A stretch of 64,000 nucleotides of DNA, taken from assembly GCF_009914755.1 (NCBI RefSeq), contig NC_060940.1; one strand, 5' to 3'. The translations under genes were made by a program, and so were the position numbers. Positions 33,931 to 54,667 of this stretch are shown here, piece by piece. This DNA is from the human T2T-CHM13v2.0 reference genome, Homo sapiens. The stretch's first letter is position 1, and each line of letters begins with the position of its first letter. Below the pieces are notes generated by a model, which worked only from the letters and a program-made list of their open reading frames with translations, ran no database searches and was not told where the DNA came from.

Positions 33931-34392
33931 TATATGGTTTTTGCCCTTAAGTGGCTTATACTTTACTTAGAAGATTAGTTTGGTAAAACCCCAGAAAGAG
34001 GCATTCTAAACGTTATCAATCTGATAAGTATTTGGTTAACTGTTTTGTAGGTCACTGACTGCTTGGACAATCTTATGAAAGCTGACCACCTTCCTCCTCA
34101 AAATGTACAACCACATATATATACACACACAACATTTTGCACATAAATTCTGGGCTTCCCAGATCCTCAGCAGCCTTTGGATTCAACAGAGAAAACAGAT
34201 GACCCCCACAGGCTTTTGAAAGAGCCAAAGTCCCCGCACTCCATGCTCATATAGAGAATGATCATAGAAGACAACAACGTGAGTTCTCTCCTTGATCCTG
34301 TATCCATAATTTAGACCCTGACCTTCTGGTTTAGAAAAATATATTTTCCAAAAGTAGAACTGAGTTAGGGATTTTTCAACCCACCTGCTTAC

Positions 34393-34587
34393 CTGTGAGA
34401 TACCAAGAAGGTGTTAGCCATGAAAACTGTGTCATTAGTTGACTGCTGTACCTCTTCTAAAAGCACATCTGCCATCGTACACTGCAGCAGGCGCGGGAGC
34501 TCCTCATTTCGGTCTCCATCAAACATGCCATACACAGCTCCCACCCCCTCTGCAAAGCTATCCATAGCAAGTGCTGAGACACACAGC
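34393..34587 (-). CDS. PHLPP2: PHLPP2 exon (PP2C-like domain, DGD motif)
   Basis: attatag|G...AG|gtaagc; 195 nt; [35 protein letters not shown]... Confidence 0.93.
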
Positions 34588-34604
34588 CTATAATAGAAAC
34601 ATGA

Positions 34605-34943
<339 letters not shown>

Positions 34944-35179
34944 GGAGCATTCTTTTAAAAAGTAAGTATTAATTAAAGGTGGCAAAGACTACTAGCAAAT
35001 CGTAATCTACACGTAAGAAAAGTCCCTAGACATGATAATTAAGCAACATCTGAAAGAGCTAATGTCCTAAGGAAAGGGGAAACAGTCGCATTCATGGGCA
35101 GTACATATTAGCTTTGCAATGCTGCCAAAGGCTGGTAAGATAAAGCACTTTCTCTTAGTAGTGACTAAGGATTAGCTTT

Positions 35180-35700
35180 GTCAAGGCCTATCAGTCAAAG
35201 ACCACCAGAGCACACCTATGGTTGAAAAAGTTGAGTTTATTACCCCTTATAGCAAATGAGAGTGCACCCCATGGAACCCTGGGGTATACAGGTAAGTCTT
35301 GCTGAAAAGAACCCAGTATAGGGTTTGGACTTTGGTTTGGTCACTTTGGGGAGGGTCTAAGGAAGAGGATCATACTAGACTGGGTGTCATCAGAAAGTGA
35401 GGCCATTCTATTGCTGGGTATAAAACTTATCTATAGGGAAGGAAAATTAGCAGAAGGATAAAGCTGTAACTGGTAAAGAAAGTAGCATCTACCCATCTTA
35501 GCCATGAAAGGGGGTGTTTGGTATTCTGTTGACTACACATTAGTATTGTTTTTGTCTTAAAACGTTATCATGATCCCAAAGGGATCTTATCTGACGCTGA
35601 TGTTCTATGATTTGTCTGTGTACAACAGAACAACATGGCCTAGCTATTATGAGCATCAGGCCAGTTCTCAGATGCCAGGGGCTGCCTTTTTTCTTTCTCA
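35180..35700 (-). mobile_element. Probable old ERV LTR fragment (family uncertain)
   Basis: TG...CA-bounded segment with minus-strand AATAAA (gtttatt ~35257) and LTR-like composition; recognition only. Confidence 0.35.
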
Positions 35701-35723
35701 GTCTCCATGGCCAATATACTCAC

Positions 35724-35834
35724 TTATTTCTCTGCCCTGCCATCTCAGCCAGTCCATGGCTCCAGAAGGTTGACGTAACTGTAGAATCTGTGGTTGGCAA
35801 AGGTTTCTGATCAATTTTCAGGGTTGTGATATGG
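35724..35834 (-). CDS. PHLPP2: PHLPP2 exon (start of PP2C-like domain; missed by ORF track)
   Basis: ctcccacag|C...AA|gtgagt; 111 nt; [37 protein letters not shown]. Confidence 0.92.
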
Positions 35835-35907
35835 CTGTGGGAGGTGAAGGAAGATTAAACCATATATTCTTCTGTATTTTACAAAAACTATCCCAACAAT
35901 AGTATTC

Positions 35908-36847
<940 letters not shown>

Positions 36848-37385
36848 ATAATATTATCTTTTAATAAAATAATCTATGGACTGACTAAGATTCATTTCCA
36901 GAGAGACTGATGAAAGTAGTATGCTGAACTACTGGCAAAGAAGGAGGGGAGAGAAAGGAAAGGGGTAGGAGGATCAAAGGGGTAGGAGTTTCAATAAAAA
37001 ACTAAGCACAACAAAGATTTCTATGTTTTAGCCAACCATCTATTTATGTTAAGTATTTTGATACAATGAAGTCTTGGTACAATGGATGAACTTGTATTGT
37101 CTCTTAGATATTATATAATCTGTGCCACCTAAAACATCTATGCCTGTTGTGAAAATATTCAGTATGTTGGGGGGTAGTAGCCATGGAGTAGTCCTAATAT
37201 AAACAGGTTGACTACTGGATAGAACATCTATTCATAACTTAATCAAAGAAGAGAACCTAGGGGCTTTATAGCCTAACTTCATTCTGTTCTTTTAATTAAT
37301 CAAGATCTCCACAGTACTAAGGAAGACCTACACATGGCTGGTGGGCTAAGAGCACATAGAGATTCCATTTCAAATTTTTTCCTAC

Positions 37386-37516
37386 CTAAATATGTCCAGT
37401 GTCTTGTGTTCCAGAACCAGATTTGTATTTCCAGTCAGGTCAAGGTCTTGTAATGTAGCAGGCAAAGCCTCTGGAATCAGGATTTCTGTCAAGTCGTTGC
37501 AACTTAGGTCTACAAA
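37386..37516 (-). CDS. PHLPP2: PHLPP2 exon (last LRRs; missed by ORF track)
   Basis: tttcttag|TTT...AG|gtagga; 131 nt; [33 protein letters not shown]... Confidence 0.92.
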
Positions 37517-37805
37517 CTAAGAAAAAATTGAGAAATCAAAAGAAAATACATCACAGAGACTTAGTTCTTTACTCCCAAGTGTCCAATCTCTTACTATATC
37601 CCCAAAGAGGAACTTAATTTCTTCCCAGGAATCCATTACATAAATTCTGGTCCCAAACTGGAGCACATAAGAAGACAATAATATTTTTCCTTATAAGAAT
37701 AATCTCATTCACACTCCTTTCTTCTTCTTTATAAAAGGAAAATAATGTCATTCACTCTCCTGCCATTTCCCCCAATAAGGACATCATTCCAGCACACAGA
37801 AGTAC

Positions 37806-37968
37806 CTGGATCTGAGGCAACTGCAGTATTTCTGGGAAAATGCTGATGTTGTTGGAGTGTGCAACAAGGGTGTGCAGCCTTTTACAGTTTGCTATGGTTG
37901 TGGGAATGGTTTTAAGCTTGTTGCCACTTAGGTTCAGTTCCTCCAATTGCTCCAATTTATTTAGTTTG
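37806..37968 (-). CDS. PHLPP2: PHLPP2 exon (LRR)
   Basis: tttttcag|C...CAG|gtactt; 163 nt; [22 protein letters not shown]... Confidence 0.93.
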
Positions 37969-38376
37969 CTGAAAAAGAAACAACAGAATACTATAATGCA
38001 CCAAGACTGAGCAGCTGCCAAGGAAGTGCTATTCTACAGCAGCCACAGAGTACAGAAGGCCGACACGGTCCACTGCCAGATGACTGGTGAGAAATGAAAC
38101 CGATACCAGGAATACCAGGAAAGGCAATGGCTCAAGAAGATAACTACTCCTGCTATAACTAAGCCTGATCTGCCTCAGTGTGTTTCAAGGGCTGTTGGAT
38201 CTTGTGGGCAGGAACATCTTCCTGTTACCTAATGTACAAAAAGTGGCTAGAAAAGGAGTGGCCTCAAGTTGGGGGATTAGTCTTGATGCTTGCTTTACCA
38301 CTAACTAGCGGCAAAATACTAAGTAAGTCAATGTCAGCAGTCTTTAATACCCTCAGCTGTAAAAAATGAAAAATGA

Positions 38377-38940
<564 letters not shown>

Positions 38941-39376
38941 TAAAAATTACAAAAATAATAAACTGCTGTTAACATGGAGAGAAAGTGAAAAATAAAGAAA
39001 TACATCACCAATACCAGCAATCTGAAAGAATCACTTTTATCATTTTGCTGAATTTCCTATCAAATGTTTCATATATTTGTTTTACAAAAATTTTATATCT
39101 TGCCTTTTTCATATAACATATCATAAATAATTTCTACTCCTAGAAATTTCATATTTTTAAATAACTAAGCTTTGTAAATTACAATTATTTTTTCTGATAA
39201 AAATAATATATACTCACTGAAAAAAACTGAAAAATAGAGACAAACAGGAAAAAAAATCTTTTAATGCTACTTCATTAAAATAAATTAAATAATCTCTGAT
39301 AACATTTTAGTAGATAGTATTCTCGTCTTTCTTAAGGCATGAAACTACACTTTTCAAATTAAAAAATGGTATTATA

Positions 39377-39856
<480 letters not shown>

Positions 39857-40220
39857 TATACATTGTATTTATGATTTTATTTAACAATATATTTTAAAAG
39901 TGTTCCCATGTCCAAATCTCGTGCTTTTTTCCCTTATCCTGCCTGGATTTTTCTGACTTGTAAATAGAAATGCAGCCTCCTCAATCAGTTTCTGAGTACC
40001 CAGAACTGTGCTAGATTCTGAAAATAGTTCAAAAGAAACAAACAAGATTTCTATTGTGCCTATACAATTACAACACTGCTCAGGAAATGAACTGATAGTG
40101 GATTTATTATTTAGTACAGAACACACATTTTTAAAAATATGTTGTTCCTGAATTCCATTCAGTTTTATTATATATATTCAGATTACTCTATTTTTTGTGA
40201 TGTTAATTCTTGTCTTTGTC

Positions 40221-42563
<2,343 letters not shown>

Positions 42564-43050
42564 AACACCCTGCCTTTCTTAGACTGCACTGCAACTGCCC
42601 ATCCACTTGTTTATTTTCCCAATTTGACTATACATTCCTAGAGGACAGAGACTGTAACTGTTCACAATACTTGACATATAGTAAGCATTCCATTTTTGTA
42701 TTATGAATAAATAGATAACAGTATTTTACAAAACAGTGCTGACAAGAGAAAAGAAAAAATTGTCTTCAGAATCTGTTTCATAAGCCTGTACTTTTCTAGA
42801 TTGACTATTAGACCATAATTAAGAAGTCACAACTAAAAATTAAACATATTTTAACCAATTTTCCTGGTTACCAATACTTAACAGGGTACTAACTATTAAG
42901 ATGAGATTTTGCCACTCAACTAGTGAAATCATAGCATCTGTAAGTCAGTGAACGTAAACAAAGAGTCATAGTCAGATGGCTATATTTTTTCTGACAAATA
43001 TAGAATTAATGTTGTGTATTTGAAATGATCAAAGTTTGCATTCATTTTAC

Positions 43051-43251
43051 CTTGCAGGAAAGGTCTGTAACTGATTGTTTGCAAGGTGCAAGATTCGCAG
43101 GTGCAGGTGCCCTACCAGGACAGGTATGCACTGATCCGTCAGGAGATTGTTGGTCAGATAAAGCAGCTGCAGCATACTCAAACTCTCCTCTCCAGTGCAG
43201 GCGGATGGTAAAGACTCCAGACTATTTGCAGATGCATTCAAGTATCTGAGA
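43051..43251 (-). CDS. PHLPP2: PHLPP2 exon (LRR; 201 nt, frame-symmetric)
   Basis: ctgtcag|T...AG|gtaaaa; [15 protein letters not shown]...[13 protein letters not shown]. Confidence 0.92.
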
Positions 43252-43618
43252 CTGACAGAACACACACAGATCATCACCTCCTTTAAGTTTATTTGCTGCC
43301 TTCCTATATAGAAACCATCATGTCACCTCAGTATGGAATGCTGCCATTCTAAGCTTCCAAATGGGAAAAAAAAAAAAATCTCCACGTAGTTTTTCTCTAA
43401 TTGATCCTATCCAACCCAAAGTTCCTTTTACTCAACTCATGCAAACCAAGTAGAGAGGAAAAAGTACAAGCCTGGTTGTTTTCCCAGGCTTCTGGAGTGC
43501 CTGATTCTAACCTAACTTCAACTTTTACTCTCAAACTGCCTACTGAAAGGATGTTGCTGAATATCATGTTCACATGTTTTTGAACTGTGAAGACACCATT
43601 TAGAAAAACTTTTGTCTG

Positions 43619-44469
<851 letters not shown>

Positions 44470-45242
44470 TAAACTATACTTCCACAAGAAGACTATTAAG
44501 AATGCCAGTTTGTCACACCTTTGTCAACACTGAATATTACAAATCCATTAATCTTTGCCAGTCTAGTAGATAAAACATGGTATAATTTTAAAATTTGCTA
44601 ACATAGTGTTTAGTATATACAGAACATTCTCAATAAAAGGCAGCTATTATTACTAAACTTGTGTGTTCTCAGGTCTTCTTCATGTTGTATGATCCATAAT
44701 CCCTGATTCACTTTTTATATTGAAATATAAGTTTTACATAACGAATTAGCTTTTAAGCTAATGGCAGGTACTGTGTGTCTGCTTGTGCTGTGGTCTCAAC
44801 AAAGCTCTTTCCAGAGTTTGTATTAAATAAATACCACTGACAGTTCGCTACAGCTAAGTTACTCACTAAAGATTCTAAGGTTGTAAACTAATTTCATTCA
44901 GACTACCATAAGGACCAAATGCAGCGTTATGCATTGCTAACAAACATTTGTAGATTAACAACTGCATCAATACTCCATTAAATGTTACATAAAGAAAACT
45001 TCCTTTAAATACGTTTTAGAATTTCCAAAGATTTTATTTTGAAGACTATCCAATCAACTGTATTATACATTAAGAGATGTATAAGCTGCTAAAGAGAGAA
45101 CAAGCCAGACAACTGTGGGCTAAACAGTTTTTTACGTCTCCTATTCATTTACTTCTGCTCACCTCTGTTTTCTCCATTTCTAAATTGAAGACAATATTGC
45201 TTTCTCCACGTTGTAGAAAAATATAATAAAAACTAGTTTTCA

Positions 45243-45346
45243 GTGCTTGCTTTGGCAGCACATGTACTAAAATTGGAACGATATAGAGAAGATTAGCATG
45301 GACCCTGAGCAAGGATGACAGGCAAATTTGTGAACCATTCCGTATT
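45243..45346 (+). pseudogene. U6 snRNA processed pseudogene (RNU6-type retrocopy), antisense within a PHLPP2 intron
   Basis: Near full-length U6 (gtgcttgctttggcagcacatgtactaaaattggaacgatatagagaagattagcatgg...); ACAGAGA box mutated to ATAGAGA; A-rich tail 45347-45374; target-site duplication; no U6-type PSE evident upstream. Confidence 0.93.
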
Positions 45347-45384
45347 AAAAAAAAAGAAAAGAAAAAGAAAAAAACTAGTTGTCA

Positions 45385-45720
45385 GGTTGGGTGCAGTGGC
45401 TCATGCCTGTTAATCCCAACACTTTGAGAGGCCAAGACAGGCAGATCACTTGAGTCCAGGAGTTTGAGACCAGCCTGAACAAAACGGTGAAACTGTGTCT
45501 CTACAAAAAATAAAATTAGCCAGGTGTGGTGGTGCATCCCTGTGGTCCCAACTACTTAGTAGGCTGAGGAGGAAGGATCACTTGGACCCAGGAGGTCAAG
45601 GCTGCAGTGAGCTATGATTGCACCACTGCACTCCAGCCTGAGTGACAGAGTGAAACCATGTCTCTAAAAGCAAAAAACAAACAAAACAAACCCCACAAAA
45701 AACAAATAAACTCCACAAAA
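45385..45720 (+). mobile_element. Old (AluJ-like) Alu directly after the U6 retrocopy
   Basis: ggaggtcaaggctgcagtgagctatgatt; degenerate A tail; TSD aaaactagtt(g/t)tca. Confidence 0.92.
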
Positions 45721-46329
45721 CTAGTTTTCACTTAAAGGTGATGTACACATTAGGTAAACCTGATTACAGGCCTAAAATAGGAAGACATGTCATCTATTTG
45801 TTAATTTATAGTGAGAAGGCAAATGACACCTTCTGGAAGGACATTATCTGTAAATACAGTTTTCAAAAAGTACACAAAAAGGTTTGCACATAAAGACTGT
45901 AATTCAAAGGCGGTTTGGTAAAGCTAGGAGCAAAAACCAAATTAACTTTAGTGGTACGTCCTTTTCTCTCCAATGCAAAAGCTCAAAATTGCCCAAAGAA
46001 GCCACAGCAGAATGTTGTAATTTCTCTTTAAATATCATAACTATATTCATTTTCAGAGATGAAAGCCTGAATCTTCTCAACCTGTCTGAAATTGTTTACA
46101 ACACAGAAACCTCTTTAAGGATTTAACAGTTATTTCAACTATGAGTTACTGCCTCATAAAACAGTGTCATATTTTGTTTCATAAAAATTGCAAATAAGTC
46201 TCCACTCATAGTTGGACTATTAGGTAAACGCTCTGTAAATACAGTTCCAAAGGTCACTCCAATGATAAGTCACTGCAGTCTGTTTAGCCAATGATTCTGC
46301 TCTTCCGAAAAAAATCCTATGATACTTAC

Positions 46330-46485
46330 TTTAAGGCCTTGGAGAAGAGGGTGTCTGGCAGCCTCGTGAGTGCATTATGCTGAAGATCCAGCACCTCGAG
46401 GGGGATGTGCTCTACCAGTGTTGGAAGGTTTTGCACATGATTGTGTCCCAGCATCAGTTTTCTAAGACTCAAGCTACTCAGAATT
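46330..46485 (-). CDS. PHLPP2: PHLPP2 exon (LRR)
   Basis: cccttag|A...AA|gtaagt; 156 nt; [21 protein letters not shown]... Confidence 0.93.
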
Positions 46486-47281
46486 CTAAGGGGGGAACAT
46501 ACAAACAAACACATTAAAAACTTACTTAAATCATTCTTTCTGAGGCTGTCCTAGCCTATTTAACTGAAATTAGTTAACTTATAGAAACATATTCTCCTAG
46601 ATTGTATACTCACTGACAAGTGCCTGAGCCAAGAAAGCAGCTATGACCATATGTTTACCTACCACCCACCAGGAAGTCATTAAGGTCATTCTGAGAAAAG
46701 GTGAATTAATGAAGGCAAACAGCACAGAGGAGATCTATACTAAAAAGGCAATTTCTAGAATAAATCAATTTAGATTTTAAGTCTAAGCAGCACCAAAAAT
46801 TCAGTATATTAATATTAACACATCTTGTGAATAAATTCATAACATTTCATTACAATAAAAACTACTATTTATGGAGTGCTTAAAATGTGCTAAGCCACTT
46901 AACAATGAAGTTAATTCAGAAAGGTTCAGTAACTTTGATTTGCCTAAGATTTCACACTGCATAGTAAATGGTAAAGTCTGGACTTGAATTAAGGTTTGAC
47001 TCCAAAGATTGTGTTCATATTTAGTATGTTAAACGCCTCTAGTTTAATTTTAAAGACTCCATAGAAAATAACATTTTATACCTCAATGCTTTGGAATGTA
47101 TCATTCCCTGCCGCCTTCACCAAGCCCCACTCTCTTTCTCCCACCACTTAGAAAAATCCCATCATCTAGTAAAGGTCAATTCAAATGCCATCTTCTCCAT
47201 GAAACATTCCCTAATTATTCAAATTTCTTCTGATTTTCTCCATTTAATTTATACAGTGTAGTGATTAAGAGTGAAGGCTCT

Positions 47282-47928
<647 letters not shown>

Positions 47929-48428
47929 GACTACCTTCAAATGCCAGCTCCCGTCACTTCCTGGTTAAGTGTAACCTTCAACAAGTTACCTAACTGCTCT
48001 AAGCTTTACATTCCTCATTTCTAAGATGAAGATAACAGCACCTATTAAATATATGATAAGGTTTTTAAAGGATTAGGTAAGATCATAAAAGTGATGTTCT
48101 TAGAACATTGCTCAGCTTATAATAGCTCATCCTATAAAAATTAACTATTATTACTATCATGTCACCAACCTATGGCAGCAACTCTTAGTGTATTTATTTC
48201 ATCACAGTTATCCACATATGTTACATTATCTTCTCATTAAGTTCCTTGCAAGCCAAGCCCATGCTTTAGCCTTTACTATGTTCCTTACAGCACATCACAC
48301 TGCCTCATGCTCAGCAGGTACTCAACACACTGAACAAATAAAAGGCAACCCAAATCTAGAAAAAAATTTAAATACGCACACACGTAAATGTTAGTATATA
48401 CATAATATATGCATCCAGGCACACATAC

Positions 48429-48524
48429 CTCACGGGAACCTCTGTGAGAAGATTATAGCTCACATCTAATACTTCTATCTTCTTTGCTTCACAGGCCCAG
48501 TCAGGGACACACTCTAGCAGGTTT
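48429..48524 (-). CDS. PHLPP2: PHLPP2 exon (LRR; missed by ORF track)
   Basis: ttttctgcag|A...AG|gtatgt; 96 nt; [32 protein letters not shown]. Confidence 0.92.
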
Positions 48525-49849
48525 CTGCAGAAAATAAATAATTAAATGGCACCATTTAAGATGACAAGTGGAACTCATTTCAGTAGGCTATAATGTATCC
48601 ATTAACCAGCCTGTGAGCCCTTGAGGGCAGGAACACTGTCTCCAAGGCATCCCTTGGAACACTGCCTGGAATATAGTAGGTGCTCAGTGAATGCTGCTGA
48701 ATTAGAAGGGAGAGGAGAGACAAGTACCTGAAAATGTATAATACTGGATCAATTATGTTGCATGCTCAAAGAAGATAAAAAGGCTTTCTGCAATAGAAAA
48801 GCACACTTGTGGTGGGATGGGATGAGGGAAAGACAAGGAATTATAATTAACAAACCTTCAAAGATGAGTTAAGACTTCCACAGGTAATGACTGGGTGAGA
48901 AGAGAAGCAAATTCCAGGGAAAATTAACAGAATGAATACAAGTGAGACAGTAGAAGCAAAAGATAACTAGTGGGGGAAAAGTTTCAAACCATTTAGAATG
49001 TGAGCTCAAATAATTAGTAGAGCACTAGGCAGATATTTAGTCAAGAGAATTTTTTTTCAGATGTGACAGCTTCTCTAGGCCTCAAGGTATCTACAGGTTT
49101 ATCAAGCGATATAATGAGGCAGAATGAAGCAGCGCTATGTAAGAGAAACACACATATTGCTATACCTTAGTGAAGGAAACCCTTTACCTAAAATGGATCA
49201 AAACAAGCTCTCTAAGAAATATGTGGGTTAGAATATGAAGATGTTGTACAAAGGCCTGAGGTGAGGAGCACATTCCAAGCACAGGGTGGCAACATGAGCT
49301 AGAGCACAGAGGCAAGAGAAGAAACATATGATGTGTATGGGGAATAACAAGCAGCTTGGTGATGCTGGAGCACCCGGAGGAGACGGCCTGGGCTGGAGAT
49401 CTGAGTGTAGCTGAAATAACTGCAGTAAATGAGGTCACGTCCAATGAAGTATAGCAGACCAAGGACAGAACCCTGGGGATAATCGACCTTTAAAGGGCTA
49501 GCTGAGGAAGAAGGGTATGCAAAAGAAACATGGCCAAAGTGGCATGAAAAAAAATCAGACTGTATTAGCTAGCCAAGGAAAAAGCATGTTTGGAGAAAAG
49601 AGAGCAAAATTAACTGTGTCAACACAGAAAAGTTCCAATAAGAGCAGAACTAAACTGAGCTGTTAGAGGGATAAGCAGATGGGGACTGAAGAAACTAAGC
49701 CAACAAATGCACATAATTCTTGAGAAATTTGGACAAAAGGGGGAAGAAAGGAATTAAGAAAATAGTTAGGGGGATTGTGAGGTAAAGGGAACTTTGTTAT
49801 GACAGAAGAGACAAAGTATGTGTACAGACTAAGAAAAAAGAGGCTGAAA

Positions 49850-49853
49850 ACAC

Positions 49854-49888
<35 letters not shown>

Positions 49889-49892
49889 CACA
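49850..49892 (+). repeat. (CA)n microsatellite with one interruption
   Basis: Direct reading. Confidence 0.95.
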
Positions 49893-50804
49893 CGAGAGGA
49901 GGGGAAGAGGAGGGGGAGAGAGGAGGACAATAATGACGACGAACAGTGCAAGGTCCAGGGCAGTGGGAGTGGAGGAGTCACAGGCACAGACAGCTGGACT
50001 GGCCATGAACAGAGGAGAGAAGCTGAGAATGAATACGCATCTATATAAATTCAAGCAAGGTGGGTGTTTGGAAGCTGAGGGAAATTGCCCACAATGGCCT
50101 CTATTTTCCCAATCAAGTAGGAAGCTAAGTTCCAGCATGGAGGAGACTGGGGAGGGGGACACTGAGGGAGGTAGATGCTGAGGACACTGGAAGGAGCTGG
50201 CAAGACAAAGAACCAATAAGCTCCAGATGAGGTTGGAAATTTTGAGTTTGTAGTGGTGTCTACTTGGATGTGATTTTCTTCGGCAATGATCAAGCTCAAC
50301 GGAAAAGGTAAAATTTTAGTACTGATCCATGCTGGGGTTTTGCTGGGAAGATAAGCAGGAAGAAATGGAAGGGAATCTAAAACATTAGCTTAAAATGATA
50401 ATGATAAAGTAACGAAATCAACAAAAAGAAACCTGGCTACAACAGTTAGTATTTCTTGAGATGACTACACGTCAGGTACTATCCTATGCATTTTGCATTT
50501 ATCATCTCACTCAGTCTTCACAACAACCCTGACCAAATAGGACCCTGCCCACTGCCCCTTTGATCTGCTTTGGGCACCCTGTACTCACAGCACTTAGGAT
50601 GCTGCCCTGTCACTGCTTGTTTGATTGTTCATCTTGCCACTAGACTGCAAAACTCTACCGCTGAACCCAGAATGCCCAACAGTGGTTATAAATGAATAAA
50701 AAGTAATAAAATCCTGAATATAATTAATGTCCCTTCAAAAATAAGACCAACATGAGTTATAGGAGTACAAAAAAATTAAATAATATTTTAAAAACCCACT
50801 ATCT

Positions 50805-51121
<317 letters not shown>

Positions 51122-51437
51122 TCAAGAATTATCTGATTCCAACTGACAAAACGGGAATCAGTGCCTTGAAGATAACAGGTTTTCCTTGTTTGCATCTCAT
51201 CCTACATCTATAGTCTTTAAGAAAGAGTAATTCACAGACACCTTACTATTTCAAGAGAATCCTTCCTTTATACAGTAAGGCTATTAAACTTATTCGTCCA
51301 TTCATCCTTTCTCCTTTTTCCAGGTTATCCAAGTATTTCAAAATACTTAGATTTCTTGTACATCAAAACTGCCAAAAAATCCACATGTATCTCTTAAATA
51401 GTAAGAAGCAAGCGCCACCCTCATGAAAGACACTCAC

Positions 51438-51498
51438 CGGGAGAGATCCAAGAAAGTGAGCAGGCTGGGTACTGGATAGACGTTCACTGCTGTCAGCC
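51438..51498 (-). CDS. PHLPP2: PHLPP2 small exon (LRR; missed by ORF track)
   Basis: ggattag|GG...CG|gtgagt; 61 nt; RLTAVNVYPVPSLLTFLDLSR; phases match both neighbours. Confidence 0.9.
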
Positions 51499-51819
51499 CT
51501 AATCCAAAAACAAACAGGTGTTAGTGACATCCTCTAAAAAAGAAAGTAACTGAGAGCTGACAATGGAAAAGTAGCTTAGTGAAATCACCAGAGAGAAAAC
51601 TGATGTATTCTACCAAGATGAGCTAAAGACAAAAACTACTGAAAACTCACTTTGACTAACTGATCCCAATTTGTCTTGAAAAACAAATGTAACAGCTAAT
51701 TGAAGGATCCTGTGTACTGCACTGCCTTTATACAATATTAAGCAGTAGTTAAATGTTAACAGTAACTACTTAGCTTTTTAACTTGATAAAAATAATTAGA
51801 CTTTTACTGGCAATATTTT

Positions 51820-52640
51820 AACTTTTAATTGAAGTATAACAAAAATACAGAAGAGTGCAACAATTCAGTAAATTTTCACAAACTGAACACACTAGTGGAA
51901 CCAACACCCGGATCAAGAAACAGAACATTACCAGCTCCCTGGGAACTGCCCCATGTTTCCCTTTCCAGTCACTTCCCCTCAAGGAGTCCTGACTCCAAGT
52001 ACCAAATTACTTTTACCTGTCTACATAAATATATGCATGCGGTATGTATAATTACTTTTGCCTATCTATGTAAACATATGCATGCAGTATGTATAATTAT
52101 TTCTGCCTATCTACATAAATATATGCACACAGTATGTATAATTTACTTGTCTGGCTTCATTCACTCCACAATATGCTTACAGGATTTGTTTATACAGTTG
52201 CATATGATTATAGCTCATTCATTCTCATGCCTGTAAAAAATTATTTTATGTGAATATACCACAATTTATTTGCCCATTTTAGAGTTGATGACATGTTAAG
52301 TCTTTTCCAGTCTGCAGTTACTATGAATAGTACTTCTGTGAACATATTTGTCCGTGTCTTTTGTGGACTAATATAAGTCCTTATATTGAACGTAAGCCTA
52401 GAAGAGGCACTGCTGGGTACAGGGTATGTTTCTGTTCACCTTAGCAGATACTACTGAACAGTTTTCCAAAGTGGTTGTACCAATTTACACTCCAACAGCT
52501 GCCCCTGGGATTTTTAGGCCTTTCCATTCTAGTCATTCTGGTAGGTGTATAGTGGTGCCACGCAGGAGTTTCAATTTGCATATCCCTGATGACTAGTCAA
52601 GTTCAGTGCTTTCCCTATATTAACTGATCACATTTAGATA
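51820..52640 (-). mobile_element. Old L1 (L1M) 3' fragment with an internal 45-bp tandem triplication
   Basis: L1M-like ttttccaaagtggttgtaccaatttacactcc; repeat at 52005-52139. Confidence 0.7.
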
Positions 52641-53253
52641 ACTTCTTTTTGTAAAGCAGAGTTCTTGACTCTGAGGCATCAAAACTGCAAGTTTTTATGT
52701 GAATTCTTCCAGGTTGTAGAATTTAAGGATTTTGTAAACGGAGTAGCAGACCTCAAACAAGCCCTGTTCAGTTAACTGCTGTGATAGAATCCTGGTGACT
52801 TTTTCATGTATTTAAGTATTTAAATACTATTAAAATATTTCATTTATCTGTACATACTTAAATATTTACAAAGAGTAAATATTTAGGACTGTGTGCCTGT
52901 TGATGAGGTCTTTTCCAGTAGGGCCAGGAATTCACTGTTTAGACACATTAAGGATAGGGATGGGCCTGATAACAAAAATCTCCACAGCTAGGACTTACTA
53001 CAATGTCAGGCATCTATAAACAGCATAAGTCAACACTCACCAGTTTTAACACTCTTCTGACCAAGCAATTAATCTAAGCTACAATTTGAAGCTTCTATAA
53101 CATAATAAAAGGCAACGCAAACAGAAGTCCTCAACTTTTATCTGTATAATCTAGTTTACAGATACAGAAAAATAAAGAGCATAAAATAATGAACCCTCTT
53201 TCACCTATCATATAGCTTTTAACAAACCTACATTCTGCTTTATATGTGGCAGA

Positions 53254-54179
<926 letters not shown>

Positions 54180-54667
54180 CTACTTTTTCATGCTCACAAA
54201 AAGTGATAAACAATCTGTTATACATCTCCTTGTGCACATGTGGGTGTCTTTGGGATATATCCCAATCAGGAAACTTCTAGAATATGGTATGTGTGTGTCT
54301 CGACATCTCTAACACTGTCACATTACTCTCTGGGGTGGTTTTACCAGTCACCTCTCACTGGCAGTGTGTGAGTGCTCAGGAAGATGCTTCTCCTCGCCTC
54401 TGGAAACACTCAGAATTACCTTTTTTTAAATGTGATGAGTATAAAATGTTATTATTTACATTTGCATTTTTCTGACAGTAAAATTTAACCTATTTTCCTT
54501 TCCTTCCTTAAACACATATCAAAAGTAAACAAAGGTAAAGAACTTTCCATAAAAAGAATGGCCTCGACAAATATGAGGACCTTTTCATTGAAAAATATTC
54601 TTAGAGCAAATCACTATTGAAATCAGTGGCTTCTCATTCTAGCACTGAGGCTACACAAGCTTTTAAA

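Noticed and set aside
45243-45346. Functional U6 snRNA gene
   Set aside because: Mutated ACAGAGA box and other substitutions, an A-tail instead of a T-run terminator, and TSDs all indicate a retrocopy.
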